Source: an uncultured bacterium (GTDB lineage: Bacteria; Calescibacteriota; Calescibacteriia; Calescibacteriales; Calescibacteriaceae). From it: a DNA stretch of 64,000 bases. The stretch lies in the NCBI GenBank assembly GCA_964601505.1, contig CAZRNR010000004.1, positions 5,553 to 69,552 on the forward strand. The letters run 5' to 3'. Below the pieces are notes generated by a model. That model was given only the letters and a program-made list of their open reading frames with translations. It had not been told where the DNA came from and did not search any database. Numbering within the stretch: position 1 is the first letter of the stretch; each line of letters starts with the position of its first letter. Shown in pieces: positions 37,731 through 46,962 of the stretch. The position numbers were made by a program, and so were the translations under genes.

Positions 37731-38828
37731 ATGATAGAGATCAAAAGGAAGGAATTTATAGAAACACTTGGAATGATCCAACATGTGACGGAAAGAAGAA
37801 CCAACCAACCAATCCTTTCACATGTTCTGATAAAGTCAGACAGCAAAGAAATACAATTTTTTGCAACAGACCTTGAGGTATTCGTAAGAGCAAGTGGAAG
37901 GTTTTCCAAGGGAACAAAATTTGAGATCGCCCTTCCCGCAAAGGAACTCTATGAGCTTGCTAAAGAACTTGAATCTGAAAATCTAAAACTTGAAATTCAA
38001 GATGGTAAGGTAGAAATCATCGCGAAAGAAGGTAGATATAGATTAAACTCTATCAGTTCTTCTCAGTTTCCCATCCCTAAAGAAAAAGAATACAGCTATA
38101 TAGCGAACATACCGGCAAAGGATCTACATGAGCTAGTAGAGAAGACAGTATTTGCAGCATCATCCGATGAATCAAGGTATGTTCTGACAGGAGTTCTTGT
38201 TGAACTTGTGGATGGATACTGCAGACTTGTAGCTTCCGATGGACACAGACTTGCATTCTTCGAAAAAGCAGAAGAGATAAAAAACAACTCCACTTTCATC
38301 TTACCCAAGAATGCTATATCCGACATAAGAAGAATACTTGGTACTTACCAAAAGCCGTTTGAAATATATGCGGACAAGGAAGAGGTTCTATTAAAATCAG
38401 AGGATATATCTTTTTGGATAAAAACCATTCAAGAAGATTATCCAAGTTGGAGAGATGTGATTCCAGGTGAAAAAGATATAATCTCGCAGAGCATAGTAAA
38501 AACACAAGAAATCAAAAAGAGCATAAAGAGAGCTTCGCTTTTCGCATCCTCGAAATTCCCCTACCTAGTTCTTTCCCCAACAGATGGAAAACTCTTAGTA
38601 CAGGCAGAATCAGAGGAACTTGGCCTTATGAAAGAGGAGCTTGATTCAGATGTTTCAGGAAAAAAAGAAATAAAAATAGCTCTTTCGATAAAGTATCTTC
38701 TTGATGCTATAAACTCTGTTGATTCACCTCTCACATCCATAAAAATCACAGGCGAGTCAAGTCCCGTTATAGTATCCCCAGTAGGAGGTCCGGGAGCTAC
38801 AAATGTAATTATGCCAATAAGATTATAA
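37731..38828 (+). CDS. dnaN: DNA polymerase III beta sliding clamp
   Basis: 365 aa with a three-domain clamp pattern (ILSHVLIKSDSKEIQFFATDLEV ... VASDGHRLA ... IMPIRL). Confidence 0.9.
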   Translation: MIEIKRKEFIETLGMIQHVTERRTNQPILSHVLIKSDSKEIQFFATDLEVFVRASGRFSKGTKFEIALPAKELYELAKELESENLKLEIQDGKVEIIAKEGRYRLNSISSSQFPIPKEKEYSYIANIPAKDLHELVEKTVFAASSDESRYVLTGVLVELVDGYCRLVASDGHRLAFFEKAEEIKNNSTFILPKNAISDIRRILGTYQKPFEIYADKEEVLLKSEDISFWIKTIQEDYPSWRDVIPGEKDIISQSIVKTQEIKKSIKRASLFASSKFPYLVLSPTDGKLLVQAESEELGLMKEELDSDVSGKKEIKIALSIKYLLDAINSVDSPLTSIKITGESSPVIVSPVGGPGATNVIMPIRL

Positions 38829-38842
38829 ATAACCTTTTCAAC

Positions 38843-38856
38843 GTTCCACGTGAAAC
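38843..38856. repeat. CACGTG-centred 14-bp dyad, variant copy (left inverted repeat of the dnaN-bioA spacer)
   Basis: GTTCCACGTGAAAC, 14 nt after the dnaN stop. It is the exact reverse complement of 39290-39303. Confidence 0.9.
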
Positions 38857-38892
38857 CTCAGTGAATTAGCACAATAATACAGGTCCCCCCAT

Positions 38893-38913
38893 ATCGCTTA
38901 CGAAGCGATTTTC
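38893..38913 (+). terminator. candidate intrinsic terminator of dnaN
   Basis: ATCGCTT-ACG-AAGCGAT followed by TTTTC. Confidence 0.5.
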
Positions 38914-39289
38914 AGTAATAATTTTTGGTTGCTCTGTCGCAATTATGGTCGAAAATTATATTTTACTCCTCATATCCTCCGCCTTTTATGGATACAACAA
39001 ATGCTTTTTTAAAAGTGTTAGGCTACTTTTGCAAATAGTTAAAATACTGTGGATAAAACGTTCTACTTTTAAGGATTATTTCCCTTGATTTAATGGACTG
39101 ATCTTTGATGAACGCAACAAAGCAATTTTTGGTAGCTATGAGTTTTGCTTCACCTTAGTGAGATAATTGCCAATCTCGTTACACCTTAAATTTTGATGAA
39201 AGAAGTTATGAAGCCAAAGGGAATAGCATCAGATGGGAATAGTTAACTACCCAAAATGAATAATTACTTTTTTAAAATTCTTCCAATAT

Positions 39290-39303
39290 GTTTCACGTGG
39301 AAC
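39290..39303. repeat. CACGTG-centred 14-bp dyad, variant copy (right inverted repeat of the dnaN-bioA spacer)
   Basis: GTTTCACGTGGAAC. It contains the bioA TGA stop codon on the minus strand. Confidence 0.9.
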
Positions 39304-40648
39304 TTTTAAGCTTAAGTATAGAATCTTCCAAAGCATCAACAATAAGATCTATCTCTTTTAGTTTTATTGAAAGCGGAGGATTTATAACTATGACATCTCC
39401 AAGAGGTCTTATGAAAATTCCTTTTTTCCACATATCAAGTGCAACTCTCCAGCCAGCCATAAAATCCCGAGGAAAACTCTCCTTATCACGCTTAACGAGC
39501 TCCACCCCCCACATAAAACCTCTGCCACGTACATCACCCACATAATCCAAATTAATAAGCCTCTTTATCTTTCTTTCAAGATACTGTATAACAGGCTGAA
39601 TTTTTCTTATCACATCATCTTGCTGAAAAATGTTTATATTTTCAACAGCAGAAGCACATGCAATAGGATTTCCCGTAAATGTGTGTCCGTGAAAAAAGTG
39701 TTTGTACTCCCAAAGCTCACCATCAAAAACACGATACACATCCCCCGACACAACAGTTGCAGCAACAGGAAGATAACCACCCGAAAGGGCCTTCCCAAGA
39801 CAGACGATATCTGGTTTAGCTCTCGCTCCAAGATCCCACTGAAAACCAAACATCTTTCCTGTTCTTCCAAAGCCTGTCGCAACCTCATCCAAAACAAGAA
39901 GGATGTCGTACTTTCTGGTTTCTTCCCAAAGGGATCTTATATATCCAGGTGGGAACGGTATAATACCCCCTGCTCCCTGAACTCCTCCTTCAACAAAAAC
40001 TGCGCAGATCTCATCCTTATGCCTCCTTATAACACTTCTCGCTTCCTCAATACATTCATACGAACATCTTACATTCATCTTTTCATTGGATTTATTAAAT
40101 GGACACCGGAAACAATATACTGAAGGGAGCTCCACAACATCAAACATGATTTCTTTATACTCCGCTGTGAAAACAGTTTCTCCGGAGACAGACATTGCCC
40201 CGACCGTATCTCCGTGATACGCATTCTTGACTCCGCAGAACTTCACTCTCTTTCTTCCGGTCCTCTTTGAATATGAAAAACAGATCTTTATAGCAACTTC
40301 TACGGCTTCTGCCCCATCTTCAGAGAGGAAAACTTTTGGAAGACCGACAATTTCACTTAACTTCCTCGCAAGAACAATAGCTGGAACATTACTCATACCA
40401 AGAGTCGTTGAATGCTGAAGCTTCTTAGCTTGTCTAATTATAGCATTCAATATCCGCTTCTCTGAATGTCCAAAAGCTATACACCATATAGAAGAAACAG
40501 CGTCAAGATATTTCTTCCCATTTACATCAAAAAGGTAATTTCCAGAGGCTCTTACTATTATCGGAGGTCTTACCCTCTTATACCATCTCATCTGAGTATA
40601 TGGATGCCAGAAGTGATTGACATCCCATTTCAAGAGTTTATCTGTCAT
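39293..40648 (-). CDS. bioA: adenosylmethionine-8-amino-7-oxononanoate aminotransferase
   Basis: 451 aa. Class III aminotransferase blocks (HPYTQM, LDEVATGFGRTGKMF, CLGKALSGGYLP). There is a 4-nt ATGA overlap with bioF. Confidence 0.9.
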   Translation of the reverse strand: MTDKLLKWDVNHFWHPYTQMRWYKRVRPPIIVRASGNYLFDVNGKKYLDAVSSIWCIAFGHSEKRILNAIIRQAKKLQHSTTLGMSNVPAIVLARKLSEIVGLPKVFLSEDGAEAVEVAIKICFSYSKRTGRKRVKFCGVKNAYHGDTVGAMSVSGETVFTAEYKEIMFDVVELPSVYCFRCPFNKSNEKMNVRCSYECIEEARSVIRRHKDEICAVFVEGGVQGAGGIIPFPPGYIRSLWEETRKYDILLVLDEVATGFGRTGKMFGFQWDLGARAKPDIVCLGKALSGGYLPVAATVVSGDVYRVFDGELWEYKHFFHGHTFTGNPIACASAVENINIFQQDDVIRKIQPVIQYLERKIKRLINLDYVGDVRGRGFMWGVELVKRDKESFPRDFMAGWRVALDMWKKGIFIRPLGDVIVINPPLSIKLKEIDLIVDALEDSILKLKSST

Positions 40649-41883
40649 CTTACTACCTCCTCCATGACTTTTGAAAGTTCCTCAGTAAATCTCTCTATTT
40701 CCTCTGGTGAATGTGCGGCACTCACCGTTATTCGCAGACGAGCTGTTCCACGTGGAACAGAAGGATACCTTATACCCCTGACAAAAATCCCCTTTTCAAA
40801 AAGAAGCTGGGAAACCTGCAAGGTCCTAATCTCATCGCCTATTATAAAAGGAACAATTTGAGATGAAGTCCTCAGGTCCACTTTTAGCTTCTGTTTCATC
40901 TTACCAAGGAGGAAAGAGACGTTATTCCAAAGCTTTTTCCTTGTTTCAGGTTCTCTCATTATTATCCTTATAGAGACCACGGCGGCTCTACATATATACG
41001 GGGGAATAGCGGTTGCGAATATAAAACTCCTTGCGGTTGATTTTAAATAATCCAGAACCCTTTTTGGAGCTAAAACAAAAGCGCCATATAGACCAACAGC
41101 TTTTGAAAGAGTAAATAAAGCTATATCTGGTTCAACACCTTTTTCTTCACAAAGGCCCCTACCCTTTTCTCCAAAAACTCCAAAAGCATGAGCTTCATCA
41201 ACATACATACAAGCACCATACTTATCACATAGATAGCGAATATCCTTGAGAGGAGCTATATCTCCATCCATAGAAAAAACAGAATCCACCACAACAAGTT
41301 TAAACTTTGCAGATGACCTACTTAAGGAATCTTCAAGGAAATTCATATCAAGATGCGGGAAAACGGTAACCTTAGCCTTTGAGAGCCTACAACCATCAAT
41401 AATAGACGCGTGATTAAGTTCATCCGAGAAGATTTCTGATTTATCATCAGCAAGAGCAGAAATAACTCCGACATTAGCAGACCAACCTGAGTTGAAAAGT
41501 AAAACTCCCTTATCTTTAAGTTCAAAAACTTCCGATGAGATAAATTCTTCAAAATCCCTGTGAGCTTTAAAATTTCCCGAAACAAGCCTTGAAGCTCCCG
41601 AACCACTGACTTCAACACTATTTCTGAGTTCCTCCAGAACCTCATGTTTCCTCGTCATACCAAGATAATCGTTTGAACAGAAAACCAAAAATTCCTTCCC
41701 ATAAAATGTTCCACGTGAAACATCATAATACTCAAAGGGTGGCGGTAACTCCCTTAAAAGTCCATTTCTTTCTAAATCAGAAAGCTTGTGATATATCCAA
41801 AAAAATGACTCTTCCACCAGAATAAAGATTAAAGAGAAAAAACAATTTTGTAAACTTTCAATTTCTTTATGGTTTACAATCAA
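40645..41883 (-). CDS. bioF: 8-amino-7-oxononanoate synthase
   Basis: Alpha-oxoamine synthase blocks (ASRLVSGN, DELNHASIIDG, DEAHAFGVFG, FTLSKAVG, YPSVPRGTARLRITVSA). The start is uncertain: the track uses TTG 41883, which gives a ~30-aa hydrophobic extension. Confidence 0.85.
   Translation of the reverse strand: MIVNHKEIESLQNCFFSLIFILVEESFFWIYHKLSDLERNGLLRELPPPFEYYDVSRGTFYGKEFLVFCSNDYLGMTRKHEVLEELRNSVEVSGSGASRLVSGNFKAHRDFEEFISSEVFELKDKGVLLFNSGWSANVGVISALADDKSEIFSDELNHASIIDGCRLSKAKVTVFPHLDMNFLEDSLSRSSAKFKLVVVDSVFSMDGDIAPLKDIRYLCDKYGACMYVDEAHAFGVFGEKGRGLCEEKGVEPDIALFTLSKAVGLYGAFVLAPKRVLDYLKSTARSFIFATAIPPYICRAAVVSIRIIMREPETRKKLWNNVSFLLGKMKQKLKVDLRTSSQIVPFIIGDEIRTLQVSQLLFEKGIFVRGIRYPSVPRGTARLRITVSAAHSPEEIERFTEELSKVMEEVVR
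40745..40758. repeat. CACGTG-centred 14-bp dyad, perfect palindrome (inside bioF)
   Basis: GTTCCACGTGGAAC. It encodes VPRGT of the conserved C-terminal block. Confidence 0.9.
41708..41721. repeat. CACGTG-centred 14-bp dyad, variant copy (inside bioF 5' region)
   Basis: GTTCCACGTGAAAC followed by AT, as in the reverse complement of the 39290 copy. It encodes VSRGT. Confidence 0.9.
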
Positions 41884-41947
41884 AAAGGTGTAAAAAAACT
41901 AAAAAAACAATAAATACAAAAAATCCCTGACTAAAATATAGATAAAA

Positions 41948-43558
41948 ATGGAAAATTTTACAAAATTAAAAATTAGACCAGGGGAAATTCATGAATTAAC
42001 TGAAGCCATTAAAAACTCCTCCAACCTCAGCGAATTCTTCTTGAAAGCTGCACAATTTTTAAAAGAACATTGCAAAAAAATTAACTTTGTATGGCAAAAA
42101 AATGAAAAAATCATTGAAACAAAAAAAGTGGGGAGACATAAAATAGAAGAAGTTCTTCTAAAAGAATTTCCTCCTCCACCAGAAAAATATCTTGTCTTTG
42201 ATCTTCTCTCATCGCCCAAAGCAGTCTTATACACAAGACCCAAAAGGAAAACTACTCCAAGGAAACTAAAGGAAATAATAGATGTAATATCCTGTGGTGT
42301 TCATGCTGTTGCCGAAAGAGAAAAAATCAGAGAGATTCAGAACTCAAAAGAAAAAATAGCGAAAGAACTTATGGAACTTTCCGAAAAAACTCTGGCAACT
42401 ATGAAAGAAACATCTGTATACGACAAATTAGATGAAGTTTATTTTGAAAAGATTGCGAAAAAAATCAGCGAGAGCTTTGGGGTAAGCACAGCAATAGTCA
42501 TAGAGCAAATCGGAATAAGAATAAGCATCCCAGAAAGCTTGTCCTTTGAAAACGATCTCTTTGCAATACTCTCTCAAATAAGAAATAACCCTGAAAAAAT
42601 TCAAGAAATCAAAGATGAAATTATCAAAAGTAAAAACATGTTAATAGAACCTATTAAAAAATCTGAAAACTTTATTGGAATAATAGGAATAAAATCAGAA
42701 AAGCCAATATCTGAAGAAGAAAAATACTTTCTAGAAAATGTTCTGAACTTCATTATTCTCACTCTTGAAAGAAGAGAGAAACTATCAGCAAGAGAGAAAT
42801 TCTCCATGATTGATATACTTAACAGACTCAACACCGGCATTGCCTTCTTTTCAAAAACATCTCCCCGAAAACCAATTTTCTCAAACGAAAAATTCGAAGA
42901 ATACATAAGAAAGTATCCGGAAATAATATCATCATCGGAAAGCGAAATCATATCATCCTCAGTATTCAACATATCAAGCATGAGAGAACTGAAAATTGGA
43001 GATGACACTCTCTATATATCTGTAAGCCCAATATATGAAGAGGGAGAAATAATGGTTGAAATCATAAAAGAGACGAGGCGGAAACCACCTATTGAAGATA
43101 TTGTAAAAGAATTCCAAAACATAATTTCAGAAGGCATAGAAGCATGCGAGAATCAGGAAGAAAAGAAACCAGGTTTTGAAAGAATCAAAAGCAAAACAAA
43201 ATTACTTCTCTCAATCTTTGGAGATACCACAGAAAGTTTATCAAAAATACTTGATGAAATAGCTACAACTGACGGAATAGAACTCGAGAGAAACATCTCA
43301 AAAGATATAACAGTTCCGTACAACTCGTTATCTAGTGTGCTGAAAACCTTTATATACAACATAAAAACTTTCCAGCAAAAGGTTCCCAAAATCCAAGTTG
43401 AGGAACAAAATAGCTCCGTGATAATAAAAATTCCCTACAGATCCGAAGATAAGAAGCTTGAAGATGATGTAAAATTCATAATGAAATATTTCAAAAACAT
43501 GATTGACATAGATATAAATCAGGTGAGAAGAGAGATAAAAATAAAAATTCATGGATAG
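41948..43558 (+). CDS. hypothetical cytoplasmic protein (possible degenerate sensor/GAF-like repeats)
   Basis: 536-aa uninterrupted K/E/I-rich ORF with no catalytic motif recognised. Any GAF/PAS-like assignment is a guess. Confidence 0.5.
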   Translation: MENFTKLKIRPGEIHELTEAIKNSSNLSEFFLKAAQFLKEHCKKINFVWQKNEKIIETKKVGRHKIEEVLLKEFPPPPEKYLVFDLLSSPKAVLYTRPKRKTTPRKLKEIIDVISCGVHAVAEREKIREIQNSKEKIAKELMELSEKTLATMKETSVYDKLDEVYFEKIAKKISESFGVSTAIVIEQIGIRISIPESLSFENDLFAILSQIRNNPEKIQEIKDEIIKSKNMLIEPIKKSENFIGIIGIKSEKPISEEEKYFLENVLNFIILTLERREKLSAREKFSMIDILNRLNTGIAFFSKTSPRKPIFSNEKFEEYIRKYPEIISSSESEIISSSVFNISSMRELKIGDDTLYISVSPIYEEGEIMVEIIKETRRKPPIEDIVKEFQNIISEGIEACENQEEKKPGFERIKSKTKLLLSIFGDTTESLSKILDEIATTDGIELERNISKDITVPYNSLSSVLKTFIYNIKTFQQKVPKIQVEEQNSSVIIKIPYRSEDKKLEDDVKFIMKYFKNMIDIDINQVRREIKIKIHG

Positions 43559-43620
43559 CGGAATTGAACATATGTTCAATTTTTCAGAAAAAAGATAAAT
43601 TAATAATTATATTCCCTACT

Positions 43621-44874
43621 ATGAAAAAAATTCTTTTCTTCTTTATGTTCTATTTAGCTTGTTTCATAAAATCTCATGCGGATACGAACGTACCTGATTT
43701 TTTCCCAAAAATTCCACCGTATGAAATAATAAAGGAACTTATACCGGTACTTGAAAGAGCCTCTGTAGTAATTATCCAAAAAGAATCGGGAAAACCCCCA
43801 TTCATAACGGGGATAGTACTCATAAACGCCAAAACAGATGAAGTCATCAAAGTCGTAAGGACATATGAAAAGTATCACGAGTTTGTCCCAAATGTCTCCA
43901 AGGTTAAGGTCCTGGAAAGATATCCCGAATCAAACACGCAAATATCGGAATACAACATTGGATTTGACATAGCTTTGGGAATAAAATTCACCGTGACATA
44001 CACTCTTGAACAAAATTTTCTGGAAAACGAGAAAATAATTTTTGGACTCCCAGCAAAAAAAGGAACTCAGGTCTTTGGAGATGTAAGATACATAGAAAAG
44101 TACTACGACACAGAGGATGGGAAAACAGTAATGGTTTATTCAGCTTATGCTGACCTTTCATCTTTCGGGCTGCTTTCAAAACTTGTCTACAAAGCTTTCC
44201 CAGAACTTCAGATACCATCACTTGTTGCAGTTTCAACCCTATTCCCCGAAGCAGTAAAAGAGAGAATTGAAAACAAAAAGATAATAACTGAACCTAAAAA
44301 AATAAATTATGAAGAAATAAAGCTTCCAGATAGAATATCTTTAAAAAACATACTACCACTCTTGAGAATGTATGGAACTGTTATAATATCTTGGTATCCG
44401 GATAACAACGATGTAAGATTCTTTTCTTCATTTATACTACTTCCGAAGAGAACTACTGAATATGTAAAAAGCTCAATAACCGATTTCAGATCGTGGCCGC
44501 GTGTTTTCAGAATGATAGAAAAGGCAGAACCACAAGTTATGGAGAATGGATATAAAGTAAATTTTAGAATAAAGTATAAAATCGCACTACCTATAGAACT
44601 TGACTACACTACGCTCTACAGGTGGGATAGTAATGGAGAAAGATTGTCGTGCGAGATAGACAATTCATCTAAAAAAGATATAGAGGGAATGCTCTGCGCA
44701 TGGGACTTTTACGAAACAAAGTATGGAACAGTAATAGGTTATACAGAATTTTCCGACCTCAGAACAGGCAGTTATTTTTTAAAAATACTTATGGATAAGA
44801 TTCAGGGTTTTGGTATAGGACTCCGTGTAGCTCTCGTTTCAGCATTCGCAGAACTTATAAAAAGAAACATCTGA
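43621..44874 (+). CDS. secreted protein with two SRPBCC/START-like (lipid-binding) domains
   Basis: Signal peptide from ATG 43621 (MKKILFFFMFYLACFIKSHA). There are two segments with the SRPBCC N-terminal pattern (VIKVVRTYEKYHEFVPNVSKVKVLE; VKSSITDFRSWPRVFRMIEKAE). Confidence 0.5.
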   Translation: MKKILFFFMFYLACFIKSHADTNVPDFFPKIPPYEIIKELIPVLERASVVIIQKESGKPPFITGIVLINAKTDEVIKVVRTYEKYHEFVPNVSKVKVLERYPESNTQISEYNIGFDIALGIKFTVTYTLEQNFLENEKIIFGLPAKKGTQVFGDVRYIEKYYDTEDGKTVMVYSAYADLSSFGLLSKLVYKAFPELQIPSLVAVSTLFPEAVKERIENKKIITEPKKINYEEIKLPDRISLKNILPLLRMYGTVIISWYPDNNDVRFFSSFILLPKRTTEYVKSSITDFRSWPRVFRMIEKAEPQVMENGYKVNFRIKYKIALPIELDYTTLYRWDSNGERLSCEIDNSSKKDIEGMLCAWDFYETKYGTVIGYTEFSDLRTGSYFLKILMDKIQGFGIGLRVALVSAFAELIKRNI

Positions 44875-44947
44875 TATTATAGAAGAAAAAAACAGTAAAA
44901 TCAAATCTCATTTCTATAAACATAAAAAAGAAAAAAATAAACAAACT

Positions 44948-46195
44948 ATGGAGAATCAGGTTATCTTATCTCTACCTTTCATCTTACTTATTCTAACAAT
45001 CGCAATTTTCCCCCTCATATCTCACAAAACATGGGATAAAAATCTAGTGAAAGCATTAGTATCTTTCATATTTGGATTCCCTGTTCTGATATACCTTATC
45101 TCAACAGACTACCACAAGTTAATCCATACAGTTCAGGAGTATTTCTCGTTCATATCACTTATATTCTCTCTTTTCACAATAAGTGGAGGAATACTAATAG
45201 ATTTAGGACTCAAGAGTTCACCATTTCTGAACACAGCTATACTTCTTTTTGGTGCAATTATATCAAACCTTATAGGAACAACAGGGGCAAGCATGCTTTT
45301 GATAAGAACTTATCTTAGGATAAACAGATGGAGGAAAAACACATTCCACCTTCCTGTGTTCTTTATATTCGTCGTATCAAACATAGGAGGGAGTTTGACT
45401 CCAATCGGAGATCCTCCACTTTACATGGGTTTTCTCAAAGGAGTGCCTTTTTTCTGGACACTATTTAACCTAACTCCTATATGGTTGTTCCAGATGTCAG
45501 CTATACTTGTTATATTCTTTGTATGGGACTATCTTACTTTAAAAGCAGAAAGAGATCAACCAGCGGGGCCCCAGGTTTATAGTATAAATATATCTGGAAA
45601 GAGAAACTTTTTTTACCTTGCAGTAGTAATTCTATCTGTTATTCTCTTGCAATTTCCTTTAAGAGAGATCGTGATGTTAGTATGTGCAGGTTTATCGCTT
45701 ATAACGACTCCAAAAGAGATACGAAGTAAAAATGAATTTAACTTTGACCCAGCTGAAGAGGTAGCTATACTCTTTGCAGGGATATTCATAACTATGGTTC
45801 CTGTTCTTGATCTTGTAAGAGAAAATGCTGACAAATTTGGTATAGACAGAAGCTGGGAGTTCTTCTTCATAACAGGTTCTCTCTCTTCTTTTTTAGATAA
45901 TGCTCCAACATATCTGACATTTTTCGCGTTAGGTCAGGGAATAGCAGAAAAAGCCTCCCTCTCACCTACAGTTGCGAATGTCTTTGTAGAACATCTTAAA
46001 GCCATATCTTGCGGAGCTGTCTTCTTTGGAGCAAATACATACATAGGAAATGCACCAAACTTCATGGTAAAATCTATATCCGAAAAAATGCGCATAAAAG
46101 CACCAAACTTTATAATGTATCTCGTATGGTCCACAATCATACTTTTACCAAGCTTTATTTTAGTTTCTTTCATATTCTTTGGATTTCCAAAATAA
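44948..46195 (+). CDS. ArsB/NhaD-superfamily ion transporter (putative Na+/H+ antiporter-type permease)
   Basis: 415 aa, polytopic. GSLTPIGDPPL and FLDNAPTYLTFF blocks are typical of this permease superfamily. Confidence 0.6.
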   Translation: MENQVILSLPFILLILTIAIFPLISHKTWDKNLVKALVSFIFGFPVLIYLISTDYHKLIHTVQEYFSFISLIFSLFTISGGILIDLGLKSSPFLNTAILLFGAIISNLIGTTGASMLLIRTYLRINRWRKNTFHLPVFFIFVVSNIGGSLTPIGDPPLYMGFLKGVPFFWTLFNLTPIWLFQMSAILVIFFVWDYLTLKAERDQPAGPQVYSINISGKRNFFYLAVVILSVILLQFPLREIVMLVCAGLSLITTPKEIRSKNEFNFDPAEEVAILFAGIFITMVPVLDLVRENADKFGIDRSWEFFFITGSLSSFLDNAPTYLTFFALGQGIAEKASLSPTVANVFVEHLKAISCGAVFFGANTYIGNAPNFMVKSISEKMRIKAPNFIMYLVWSTIILLPSFILVSFIFFGFPK

Positions 46196-46952
46196 GTTCC
46201 ACGTGGAACAATTGAGTGATAAAATAAAAAATATAGCTATAAAGCTGTGTTATGATGGGACAAATTACTATGGCTGGAATATACAGCCCAATCTTCCAAC
46301 AATTCAGGGAGAACTAATAAAGGCAATAAACAGAATAACACAAAGAACTGATACCAAGGTAAAGGGAGCATCAAGAACAGACAAGGGAGTTCATGCGCTT
46401 GGGCAAGTCGCTAACTTTCTCACCTCATCTAATATCCCCCCGGAAAAATTCAAAGATGCCCTTAACTCTGTCCTTCCAAAAGATATAAGAGTCATTGAAT
46501 CCAAAGAAGTCCCCATAAACTTTGACTCAAGAAAATGGGCAAAAGTAAAAACATATAGATACATCATATATAAGGGAGAAATAACACCTTTTACGAAAAA
46601 CTACGCTCTACACATAAAAAAAGAGCTAAATTTAGATGTTATGAAAAAAGTAGCTAGACTGTTTGAAGGAGAAAGGGACTTCCATAATTTTACTCCAGAA
46701 AAAGGATTCACAACCAGAACAGTCTTTAGATCAGAAATAACAGAGAAAGGAAACTTTTTAATCTATGAGATATCTGGAAGAGGGTTTCTCAGATACATGG
46801 TCAGAAATATTGTTGGGACACTAATTATGACAGGGCTGGGAAAAATAAGCGAAGAATATGTGAAAGAACTCCTATACTTGAAAATTATCCAAAAGACACC
46901 ATTATTTTGTGCCCCCCCACACGGGCTCTATCTTGTGAATATACAATACTAA
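46179..46952 (+). CDS. truA: tRNA pseudouridine(38-40) synthase
   Basis: IAIKLCYDGTNYYGWNIQPN and GASRTDKGVHALGQV (catalytic Asp) blocks. The start is uncertain (TTG 46179, GTG 46203 or TTG 46212). Confidence 0.85.
   Translation: MDFQNKFHVEQLSDKIKNIAIKLCYDGTNYYGWNIQPNLPTIQGELIKAINRITQRTDTKVKGASRTDKGVHALGQVANFLTSSNIPPEKFKDALNSVLPKDIRVIESKEVPINFDSRKWAKVKTYRYIIYKGEITPFTKNYALHIKKELNLDVMKKVARLFEGERDFHNFTPEKGFTTRTVFRSEITEKGNFLIYEISGRGFLRYMVRNIVGTLIMTGLGKISEEYVKELLYLKIIQKTPLFCAPPHGLYLVNIQY
46196..46209. repeat. CACGTG-centred 14-bp dyad, perfect palindrome (permease/truA junction)
   Basis: GTTCCACGTGGAAC starts 1 nt after the permease TAA stop and ends 3 nt before a candidate truA TTG start (46212). 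Confidence 0.9.
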
Positions 46953-46962
46953 ACTATCTGTT

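Noticed and set aside
39048-39056. Perfect consensus DnaA box TGTGGATAA in the dnaN-bioA spacer as evidence for a second origin.
   Set aside because: A single 9-mer is expected by chance roughly once per window of this size. On its own it is not evidence. It is mentioned only as context for the dyad-bracketed spacer.
38945-39088. 47-codon hydrophobic ORF (MVENYILLLISSAFYGYNKCFF...) inside the dnaN-bioA spacer, as a possible small toxin or membrane peptide.
   Set aside because: There is no Shine-Dalgarno sequence upstream, unlike the real genes here which mostly have GGAGG-type sites. The composition is indistinguishable from AT-rich non-coding translation.
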